Below, piece by piece: positions 7,558 through 15,377 of a DNA stretch of 18,867 nt (position 1 is the first letter of the stretch; the number at the start of each line of letters is the position of its first letter). Below the pieces are notes generated by a model, which saw only the letters and a list, made by a program, of their open reading frames with translations, was not told where the DNA came from and ran no database searches. This stretch comes from a candidate division WOR-3 bacterium (GTDB lineage: Bacteria; Hydrothermota; Tepidihabitantia; Tepidihabitantales; CAIPLT01), in assembly GCA_965649215.1 (NCBI GenBank), contig CBFGJZ010000030.1, positions 1 to 18,867 on the forward strand. Direction: 5' to 3'. The translations under genes were made by a program, and so were the position numbers.

Positions 7558-8784
7558 ATGCTTCAGAGAAGTAAAGACATCGCAATAAAATATGGTATTG
7601 ACACTAAACTTATTGAGGATATAAGTGACACTGATAAGAATTTAAGAGTTTTAGGCAATGATTTGACTTTTTTAGAAGTTAAAGAGTCTGAACGAACAAA
7701 ACATGTTCATCGTCTCCATCCATATCTTGGTAAATTTATACCACAGTTAGTTGAAGTATTTCTAAAAAAATACTTTTCTGTTGGCACTACAATTCTTGAC
7801 CCATTCTCGGGGTCGGGTACAACTCTAATTGAAGCAAATGTTTTAGGGATTAATTCAATAGGAATCGAATTATCGCCTTTTAATGTTCTAATTCAAGAAG
7901 TTAAAACAAAAAAATATAACATTCCTGAAGTCGAATTTGAAATAAAAGATGCATTAAAAAGACTAAAGACATTTAGCGTAAATATACAAAATAAAAACAA
8001 ATCACTTTTTGATAACTCTATTGAAAAATTCGAAACCTCGAGTGAATACTTGCGTACTTGGTTTTCTGAAAGAGCATTACAGGAAATTTTATTTTATCGA
8101 AGTATAATAAAAGATTATAAAAATCAAGATGTTTTAAAAGTTATTCTTTCTCGTTCTGCGCGTTCCGCCCGATTAATTCCGCATTATGATTTAGCTCGAC
8201 CCAAGAAGCCAGTTAAAGATATTTATTGGTGTATTAAGCACAAAAAATATTGTAAACCGATTGATGAGGCATTAAAGTTTATTAATCGTTATAGTTATGA
8301 TACAATAAAACGACTGAAACAATTTGATAAAATTAGAACCAATGCATCAATAAAAATTATTCAAGGTGATGCCAGAAAAGTAAAATTGCCCCAAAATTTG
8401 AAACTACATGGAATATTCACATCACCTCCATATGTCGGGTTGATTGACTATCATGAACAACACAGATATGCATATGAATTATTTAATTTTCTAAGACAAG
8501 ACGATAACGAAATCGGTTCAGCAAAGAAAGGACAAAATGGCAATGCTAAGATAGAATATGTCAAAGATATAACTAGCGTCTTTAAAAATGTTACTCAAAA
8601 TTTAATAAACGGCGCATTGGTTTTTATTGTGGCTAATGATAAATTCAATTTGTATCCACAAATTGGTAAGGAATGTGGGTTAGTCTTAAAAGATGTATTT
8701 CATAGACCGGTTCTAATGAGAACAGAAAGAGATCCTAATAAATATTTTGAATCGATATTTTACTTTGAAAAGGAAAACTATTAA
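7558..8784 (+). CDS. Type II DNA methyltransferase, amino-MTase with SPPY motif (likely N4-cytosine; M.MjaII-like)
   Basis: HVHRLHPYLGKFIPQLV, SAM-binding motif I ILDPFSGSGTT..EA, GIELS, GDAR, catalytic FTSPPY. ATG 7558 is preferred because the TTG at 7531 lies inside the promoter spacer. Confidence 0.9.
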   Translation: MLQRSKDIAIKYGIDTKLIEDISDTDKNLRVLGNDLTFLEVKESERTKHVHRLHPYLGKFIPQLVEVFLKKYFSVGTTILDPFSGSGTTLIEANVLGINSIGIELSPFNVLIQEVKTKKYNIPEVEFEIKDALKRLKTFSVNIQNKNKSLFDNSIEKFETSSEYLRTWFSERALQEILFYRSIIKDYKNQDVLKVILSRSARSARLIPHYDLARPKKPVKDIYWCIKHKKYCKPIDEALKFINRYSYDTIKRLKQFDKIRTNASIKIIQGDARKVKLPQNLKLHGIFTSPPYVGLIDYHEQHRYAYELFNFLRQDDNEIGSAKKGQNGNAKIEYVKDITSVFKNVTQNLINGALVFIVANDKFNLYPQIGKECGLVLKDVFHRPVLMRTERDPNKYFESIFYFEKENY

Positions 8785-9560
8785 TGTCTTTAACAAAAAA
8801 GACTAAAGATAATATTTTTAATTTAGTGGTAAATTCAGTACGAGAAAAACTACGAACCTATCAACCCGAGACAAACTATATGCCTTTTCATCATCGACTA
8901 TTAGGTAAAGACCGATATGCTATGTTTTCTTTTATTCAATCGATGAATACTACTTTTGGAATGTCGATGTGGGAACAAGTAGCCGTTGTTTTAGCAGAAG
9001 GTGCTGGCAATTATGCTGAAAGACAATTTAAGTTGCTGGGTGAAATAGATAAAACAACCGAAACGCTCCTAAGAGAACTACATTATAAATTAAGAAAAAA
9101 TGAAATGATTACAAATAAAGAAAAAGAAATTAATACAATTAGAAAATCTATTAAACAAGGCGAAGCAAAAGTTGATATAGATTCGATTGTTGATTTGTTT
9201 GTAAAAGTAAAAGATACAGAAAATTTATTCGATATCACAAGTGCTAAACCAAATATGAAGGAATTCGTTGCTCTAAAACTTAAACTGTTACGATGGACTG
9301 CGTTGAGAATGAGTCAAAACAAAAATGTTAAAATTTACACAAGATTAGCAATACCTTACAACCCATACCATCCAGAACCTTATGAAAGATGGACATTAAA
9401 AGGACTTTATGATTTAGACAATGGCGAAATTTTAGTAGGACAAGAGTTCTGGAATTTTGTTGGCAGTGGCGAAATATACGAAGATTTATTAAATATTTTT
9501 CAAGAAGCGGGCAACGAGTTACGAGAAGAAATTGATAAAAAGTTTGCTGAATTAAAGTAA
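8784..9560 (+). CDS. Type II restriction endonuclease, TdeIII/MjaII-like family (family members recognise GGNCC)
   Basis: Translationally coupled to the MTase (TAATG overlap, AAGGA SD). Motifs MPFHHRLLG...FSFIQSMNTTFG.S.WEQ, VDLF...FDITSAKPN, LAIPYNPY, LVGQEFWNF recalled as typical of this family. Specificity is inferred, not shown. Confidence 0.8.
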   Translation: MSLTKKTKDNIFNLVVNSVREKLRTYQPETNYMPFHHRLLGKDRYAMFSFIQSMNTTFGMSMWEQVAVVLAEGAGNYAERQFKLLGEIDKTTETLLRELHYKLRKNEMITNKEKEINTIRKSIKQGEAKVDIDSIVDLFVKVKDTENLFDITSAKPNMKEFVALKLKLLRWTALRMSQNKNVKIYTRLAIPYNPYHPEPYERWTLKGLYDLDNGEILVGQEFWNFVGSGEIYEDLLNIFQEAGNELREEIDKKFAELK

Positions 9561-9638
9561 TCACATAAGACGGAAATAGCTGTTTACTTTTTTAACATCT
9601 AAACTAAGTGTTAGCAATTTATTTTCCCCATAACCTTG

Positions 9639-9854
9639 CCTGACTTAGCAGATAATCTACTAAGTAACTGAGCGGGTGAGATAGTAGAAAACCTAGTTGG
9701 TATCATAGAAGATGAAATAGTCTGTAGTCTAATAGAAAACCTAACATCTGAGCTAATTCTTCACTTAGAAGGTGAGCCCCCAGGCTACCTAATAGGTAAC
9801 CTACTGACCAACCTAATAACTAACCTCGTGGATAATCAACTAAGATATGCACTG
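9639..9854. repeat. Degenerate tandem array of 18 x 12-bp units (consensus approx. GGTAACCTARTA)
   Basis: Units in phase from 9639 with no indels, e.g. gataatctacta, ggtgagatagta, gaaaacctagtt, gaaaacctaaca, ggctacctaata, ggtaacctactg, accaacctaata, gataatcaacta. Hand count: column 5 A 16/18, column 8 T 14/18, column 9 A 16/18, column 3 T 13/18. Confidence 0.8.
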
Positions 9855-9902
9855 CCTTGATTTTTACACAATAAGTTTTAACATTGTTAATTGGATTGTT
9901 CC

Positions 9903-10946
9903 TTAATTATTTAAATTTGGTTGCCAGATAATCTTACCCCGCTGATTAATATAGGTAAAATAACTGTCTCCATTTTTTATAACCATGGCTAAACCACCTG
10001 AAAAATCTTTGCCATCTTTAAAAATTGGGTCGGCGATATAACGACCCATTTTATCAATATAACCCCAGCGACCGCCGCCAAAGATTTTACTGCCACCAAG
10101 ATTTACTTTAGCGTGCCCTTCTTTGAAATTACCTGCCAATTCAAAGCGGGGATAAATCTCAATTTTACCCACTTTATTAATATAACCCCATTTCAGTTTT
10201 ACTCTTACAGGTGCTAATCCTTCAGTAAACTTATCTGCCCCATCATATTGAAAAGGAATAACAATGTTACCTGTGCTATCAATAAAGCCATATTTGGTAT
10301 TTTTAGATACTGCCGCTAACCCTTCAGAAAAATCCGAGGCAAAATCATATTGGGGTGGAATAACCATCTTGCCCGCGTGAGTTATATAACCAATTTTCTT
10401 GCTATTGTTTTCAGGTATTACCGCGGCATAACCTTCAGAAAAACTATTGGCTAAATAAAATCGTGGTTCAATTACCAAATTGCCCGTTTTATCAATATAT
10501 CCATATTTACCATTAATTCTTACCGCTGCCAACCTTTCTGAAAAATTAAGCGCATAATCAAATCGTGGTTCAATCATGACTTTACCACTATAGTCAAGAT
10601 AACCCCATTTCTTATCTTTACGAAATCGGGCTAATCCCTCATAAAAATTGTCACACTCATCATATTGAGTTAAAATCTTTATCTCACCATTATTGTCAAT
10701 ATAACCCCAGTGATTCGTCGTATCTTTAATCCGAGCCAAATCGTTAAAAAAATTATCGGCAAAAAGATAGTGTGGGGTGATAATCATTTCACCTGCTTGA
10801 TTAATATAACCATAAAGTTCATTTACTTTTATCGGAAATAATGGCTCAGCACTGACTAATAATGTAGCACCCAAACTACCAATCATAATAATCACCCACA
10901 ACCGAGCACTTCTAATTTTAAACTTCAGATTTTCCATATTTACCAC
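9903..10946 (-). CDS. Secreted WG-repeat (WG beta-repeat/KWG) protein
   Basis: Hydrophobic N-terminal segment, then about 9 units of ~35 aa: (W/Y)G(Y/F)ID..G..VI.P.(F/Y)..A..FSEGLA.V. The start could be ATG 10937. Confidence 0.9.
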   Translation of the reverse strand: MVNMENLKFKIRSARLWVIIMIGSLGATLLVSAEPLFPIKVNELYGYINQAGEMIITPHYLFADNFFNDLARIKDTTNHWGYIDNNGEIKILTQYDECDNFYEGLARFRKDKKWGYLDYSGKVMIEPRFDYALNFSERLAAVRINGKYGYIDKTGNLVIEPRFYLANSFSEGYAAVIPENNSKKIGYITHAGKMVIPPQYDFASDFSEGLAAVSKNTKYGFIDSTGNIVIPFQYDGADKFTEGLAPVRVKLKWGYINKVGKIEIYPRFELAGNFKEGHAKVNLGGSKIFGGGRWGYIDKMGRYIADPIFKDGKDFSGGLAMVIKNGDSYFTYINQRGKIIWQPNLNN

Positions 10947-11046
10947 TTATAAGTTAGTCTTTAACAATAATAATAAAAACACTTTTGCTTTTTTTATCAT
11001 TGCTACCCTACACCATTCTAATTATCTTACAATCTCTTAATCAGCT

Positions 11047-12399
11047 TTAATTAAGCCAATCAATATCACTCAACCCTAATTCATCTTTGCTCAGATTAGT
11101 AACAATTACTAACAGATAATTATTGGGATATAAATACTTTTTCGCAGCTTGATTAATTTGATCAAGAGTTAATTCTTCAATATAACTTTTAAATCGCTCT
11201 GGATAATCCAGTCCTTTTTTATATACTTCTAATTCCGCTAACAAATCCACCTTATCTCGCATCGCATCATAATAAAATGGAAAATTCCCAATGTAAAAGG
11301 TTTTCGCACGGTTTAACTCTTCTTGTTTGGCGCCTATCTCATACATCTTTTTAATCTCATCTAAAATATATCGGATTGCTCTTTGTGGGTCTGAGGTTTG
11401 CGTAGTTGCAACAAAAGCACCACCATATCTCATCCGATAAAAACCTGACCGCACATCATAAGCCAGCCCGCCAGTTTCTCGTACTGCATTACCAAGCCGT
11501 GAAGTTAATGGTGAACCACCCAAAATAAAATTCATCACGCGCACCGCAAAATAATCAGGCGCATTTTCCTTAATACCCCCAAAACCAATATAAATATAAG
11601 ATTGATTTAAAGTTGGCTGTTGTATTAAATAACCAACTGGCCGTTCGGCATAAGCAGTGCGTAAAAATTCACTAATTTCCCCTTGAACTTTTCCTTTGCG
11701 CATATTAACAAACTTTGTTTGTAATTTCTCTAATAATACCGCTTTATCAAAATCTCCGACAACCACGAAAAAACCATTATTAAGCGTATAAAACTGATTA
11801 TAAAAATCAACTAAGTCTTGGCGACGAATTCGGCTTACTGAAACCGTATCTCCACTGATTGGATGCGCATAAGGATGTTCTTTAAATAATAGTTCATAAA
11901 ACTTTTGCCAGCCAACTTGATGCGGATAATCATAACTCTGCTTGATATTCGCAATAATTTGATTTTTTACCTTGGCAAGTTCTGACTCTTTAAAATCAGC
12001 ATTCTGTAAAATATCCGTAAAAATATCTAAAACCAAATCAAAGTCTTTACTCAAACATCGCGCATGTAAACTACTCAGGTCATAACCTGTAGCATCAGAA
12101 ATACTTGCTCCAACCAATTCTAATTGACTACTAATTTCTGTGGCGGTTCTCATCTTTGTCCCACGCGTTAACATCTTTGCGGTTAAGTTTGCTAAACCTG
12201 CTTTATCCATTGGGTCATAGGCGCTTCCCGCATAACAAACCCATCGCATTTCAATCATTGGCAAATGATGCGTTTGATAAGTCAATACCACCAAGCCACA
12301 ATCGAGCGAATCCCGTGCAATTGGTAAAGCATTTGCAAAACTAAAAATTAAGCAAAAACAACTGAGACCAATTGCCAACCATGAATTTTTACTTTTCAT
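11047..12399 (-). CDS. M16 (insulinase/pitrilysin) family peptidase, non-catalytic subunit
   Basis: AGSAYDP..KAGLANLTAKML (no HxxEH), HPYAHP..G, VVGD, ILGGSPLTSRLGNAVRETGGLAY (conserved R/Y pair). Signal peptide. Confidence 0.88.
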   Translation of the reverse strand: MKSKNSWLAIGLSCFCLIFSFANALPIARDSLDCGLVVLTYQTHHLPMIEMRWVCYAGSAYDPMDKAGLANLTAKMLTRGTKMRTATEISSQLELVGASISDATGYDLSSLHARCLSKDFDLVLDIFTDILQNADFKESELAKVKNQIIANIKQSYDYPHQVGWQKFYELLFKEHPYAHPISGDTVSVSRIRRQDLVDFYNQFYTLNNGFFVVVGDFDKAVLLEKLQTKFVNMRKGKVQGEISEFLRTAYAERPVGYLIQQPTLNQSYIYIGFGGIKENAPDYFAVRVMNFILGGSPLTSRLGNAVRETGGLAYDVRSGFYRMRYGGAFVATTQTSDPQRAIRYILDEIKKMYEIGAKQEELNRAKTFYIGNFPFYYDAMRDKVDLLAELEVYKKGLDYPERFKSYIEELTLDQINQAAKKYLYPNNYLLVIVTNLSKDELGLSDIDWLN

Positions 12400-12401
12400 T
12401 T

Positions 12402-13742
12402 TTATTTTCCTTCTGGTAATAAAACAACTGTTGTTTTATTCTTAGCTATAAAGTATTTGTTAATTACCTCCCGCACATCATCTTTCGTCACCGCTTCAAT
12501 TCGCTGTGGATATTCCATCATATCATTAAGATTTCCTGTGGTAATCAACTGACGGCCGATGCGCATGCCCATTCCCCGAGCTCGGTCCTGGGCATAAATT
12601 TCATTGGCAATCACATTATTTTTAACCCGTTCCATTTCAAGGTCAGTTATCGAATCAGCCCCTAATGATTTTAATTTATTTAATTCTTCATAAATAATTC
12701 TTTCTACGGAATCAACATAAGCGACACTAAAAGGCGTGACGAAAAAATTAAACATTCCATAATCCCGTTCTAAATCATTCCACGCCCAAACCCGCAACGC
12801 AAATTGTTTTTCTTCGACTAACTTCTTGTAAAGACGAGCTTCTTTACCCATTGAGAGCAATGCTTCTAAAACCTCTAATGCATAAAAATCTTTCGAATAA
12901 ACATCGGTTGTGTGATGACCGATCATGATGGCTGGATGTGCCACACTCCGATACATCGTCATCCTTTGCTCGCCTTGTTGGGGTGGTTCATAAAACACAG
13001 GATGAGTTACCGCTCGAGATTTAATTTTACCAAAATATTTCCGCACCTTGTTATACACATCATTTAATTCAACATCGCCCGCAATGACACAAACCGCATT
13101 CGCGGGTTGATAATAAGTCCGATAATGATGCATCAAATCCGCTAAAGTAATTCGTTGAATGTCTTCCATCCAACCGATAACCGGATTGCGATAGGGATGA
13201 AACTTATACGCCAGTAAATCAAACTGTTCCCATAAAACATCATATGGTGCATTTTCACCCAACCGTCGCTCTTCCATAACAACTGCCCGCTCGGATTGGA
13301 ATTTCTTTTCCGAAATTAAAAGATTAGCCATTCTCTCGGCACCAAACTTTAATGCAGTTTCATAATATTCTTTGGCTAAATCAACCCAATAGCAAACATA
13401 TAAATTAGAAGTAAAAGCATTATCTTCCCCACCCAATGCATCGATCGCAGCAGAAATCTCCCGCGGCTGATAATTTTTTGTACCGTCCATATGTTCTAAT
13501 AAATGAGAAAGACCAGATTTACCCGGGGGGTCATATATTGCGCCAACATTAAACCATAATTGGGTTGAAACGGTTGGTGTCGCAGAGTCAACATAAACCA
13601 CAATATGTAATCCATTATCCAAATAAGTCTCATAAATTGGGAGATTGGGAGCAATTTGCACAAACTTGTCTTTTGCCCATAGGCCCCTGACAAAAAATAA
13701 AACAACAAAGAAAATGATAATAAATTTGCGATATTTTTGCAT
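12402..13742 (-). CDS. M16 family zinc peptidase, catalytic subunit
   Basis: LDNGL, VGAIYDP.GKSGLSHLLEH (HxxEH), NAFTS, ERAVVMEER, HPYRNPVIGW, YYQPANA..IAGD. Signal peptide. ATG 13742 is preferred because the GTG at 13760 overlaps the -10 region. Confidence 0.9.
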   Translation of the reverse strand: MQKYRKFIIIFFVVLFFVRGLWAKDKFVQIAPNLPIYETYLDNGLHIVVYVDSATPTVSTQLWFNVGAIYDPPGKSGLSHLLEHMDGTKNYQPREISAAIDALGGEDNAFTSNLYVCYWVDLAKEYYETALKFGAERMANLLISEKKFQSERAVVMEERRLGENAPYDVLWEQFDLLAYKFHPYRNPVIGWMEDIQRITLADLMHHYRTYYQPANAVCVIAGDVELNDVYNKVRKYFGKIKSRAVTHPVFYEPPQQGEQRMTMYRSVAHPAIMIGHHTTDVYSKDFYALEVLEALLSMGKEARLYKKLVEEKQFALRVWAWNDLERDYGMFNFFVTPFSVAYVDSVERIIYEELNKLKSLGADSITDLEMERVKNNVIANEIYAQDRARGMGMRIGRQLITTGNLNDMMEYPQRIEAVTKDDVREVINKYFIAKNKTTVVLLPEGK

Positions 13743-13750
13743 AGAATTAT

Positions 13751-13779
13751 ATGATAACACTGCTGAATATTTGTGTCAA
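13751..13779 (-). promoter_or_regulatory. Promoter of the M16 operon (near-leaderless)
   Basis: TTGACA (13779-13774), 17 nt spacer, TGn-extended TATCAT (13756-13751), 8 nt before ATG 13742. Confidence 0.65.
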
Positions 13780-13901
13780 TATAATTACTGCTCTTACTAA
13801 AATACCAAAATAATTTTAATTATCTATATTTTTATTCTTCTCATTACCTTTAAATACGCTCATAACAATTCTTATGAATACTAAAATTTTTAATAAAACT
13901 C

Positions 13902-13929
13902 TTGACAGAACCTTGATTTTATCTATATT
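13902..13929 (+). promoter_or_regulatory. Promoter of the HU gene
   Basis: TTGACA (13902-13907), 16 nt spacer, TATATT (13924-13929). TACAAT at 13933-13938 is an alternative -10. Confidence 0.45.
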
Positions 13930-13997
13930 TATTACAATGAGTAGTTTAACAATACCAAATCAAATTTTAGAAATCTGTATGAAAGGGGGTGAAAAAA

Positions 13998-14279
13998 ATG
14001 GCTAAAATCACAAAACAAGGATTAATTGAAAAACTTGCAAAAGCCAATGATGTACCTAAGAAAACTGCGGAAACTATGCTTAATACTTTCATCGACACAA
14101 TTATGATGTCTTTGAAAAAAGGAGATAAGGTAGCAATTCCTGGTTTTGGAACTTTTATGGTTCGTAAATCAAAAGCAAGAGTTGGTCGCAATCCTGCAAC
14201 CGGTGAAAAAATTAATATTCCCGCTAAGAAAAAGGCCGTATTCCGTCCTGGTAAAGAATTCAAAGCATTAGTGAAATAA
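13998..14279 (+). CDS. hup: HU family DNA-binding protein
   Basis: TKQGLIEKLA...KKTAETMLNTFID.I..SLKKGDKVAIPGFGTF....ARVGRNPATGEKINIPAKK...FRPGKEFK. SD AAGGGGGTG precedes ATG 13998. Confidence 0.96.
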   Translation: MAKITKQGLIEKLAKANDVPKKTAETMLNTFIDTIMMSLKKGDKVAIPGFGTFMVRKSKARVGRNPATGEKINIPAKKKAVFRPGKEFKALVK

Positions 14280-14290
14280 ATTCGTATTTT

Positions 14291-14345
14291 AAGAGGACAG
14301 CAAAAAACTTTCTTTTTACTCTTGACTGTCCTCTTTATTATATTT
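14291..14345 (+). terminator. Inverted repeat after HU, probable intrinsic terminator overlapping the mtnA promoter
   Basis: AAGAGGACAG (14291-14300) and CTGTCCTCTT (14326-14335) followed by TATTATATTT. 25-nt loop. Confidence 0.55.
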
Positions 14346-14357
14346 ATATAATATCCG

Positions 14358-15377
14358 ATGCAGCACCACAAAGCCCTACTCTACCACAATCATCAACTTA
14401 TAATTCTTGATCAAACCCAATTACCACACCGACTTAAATATCTGCGCCTAACCAATTATCGCCAAATCATAGGTGCTATTAAACGATTACAGATTCGAGG
14501 TGCACCGTTACTGGGCATCGCTGCCGCTTACGGTTTGGTTTTAGAATCAAACACATCACTTAAAAATCTCAGAAGCCATCTTTTCAAAGTTGCTCAAGCA
14601 TTAAAAACTGCCCGTCCCACCGCTGTTAATCTCAGTTGGGCAGTTGACCAAATGCTTAATATCATCAAAAACAAGAATATCCCAACCTGTCAACTAAATA
14701 AAATCCTTTTAGAACAAGCACGTTATCTAGAACAAAAAGAAATCAATAATTCTCTGCTCATTGGACAGTATGGTGCTCCCCTCATTAAAAATCATAGTAC
14801 AATTATGACTATCTGTAATACAGGCTGGCTTGCTGCACCCGGGATTGGAACCGCTCTGGGAATTATTTATACTGCTCACCAACAAGGCAAAAAAATACAT
14901 GTTTATGTATTAGAAACCCGTCCTCTTCTTCAAGGTTCACGATTAACTGCCTTTGAACTTACTCAAGCAAAGATACCATACACAATTATTACTGATAATA
15001 TGATGGCAACCGTAATGAAAGATACTAATCTTGTCATCATCGGTGCTGACCGTATTGCCCGTAATGGCGATACTGCCAATAAAATCGGCAGTTTAACCTT
15101 AGCAATCACTGCCCAATATTACAAAGTACCTTTTTATGTTGCAGCACCAACTTCCACGATTGACTTAACTAAGCAAACTGGTCAAGACATCCCAATTGAG
15201 CAACGAAGCGCGGAAGAGATTATCTGCCTTGGCAAAAAGTCGATCACTGTTAAAAATGCCCCGGTCTATAATCCTGCTTTTGATGTAACTCCGCACCATT
15301 TAATCACCGCAATTATAACCGAACAAGGAATTCTCAAAAGCCCCTACTCGCAATCAATTGCTAAGCTTTGCGTATGA
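14358..15377 (+). CDS. mtnA: S-methyl-5-thioribose-1-phosphate isomerase
   Basis: LDQTQLP, IRGAPLLG, ARPTAVNL, TICNTGWLA, ETRPLLQGSRLTAFEL, GADRIARNGDTANKIG, IPIEQR, NPAFDVTP..LITAIITE. Confidence 0.95.
   Translation: MQHHKALLYHNHQLIILDQTQLPHRLKYLRLTNYRQIIGAIKRLQIRGAPLLGIAAAYGLVLESNTSLKNLRSHLFKVAQALKTARPTAVNLSWAVDQMLNIIKNKNIPTCQLNKILLEQARYLEQKEINNSLLIGQYGAPLIKNHSTIMTICNTGWLAAPGIGTALGIIYTAHQQGKKIHVYVLETRPLLQGSRLTAFELTQAKIPYTIITDNMMATVMKDTNLVIIGADRIARNGDTANKIGSLTLAITAQYYKVPFYVAAPTSTIDLTKQTGQDIPIEQRSAEEIICLGKKSITVKNAPVYNPAFDVTPHHLITAIITEQGILKSPYSQSIAKLCV

Noticed and set aside
9669-9671. TGA readthrough (alternative genetic code or selenocysteine) in the tetrapeptide frame of the array
   Set aside because: greA and mtnA both end at TGA at their expected C-termini, so TGA is a stop here. 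No Sec-like context or evident SECIS.
9639-9854. CRISPR array or DGR template interpretation of the periodic region
   Set aside because: No constant 23-50 bp repeat separated by unique spacers and no cas genes. No reverse transcriptase and no adenine-variant repeat pair was seen in the window.
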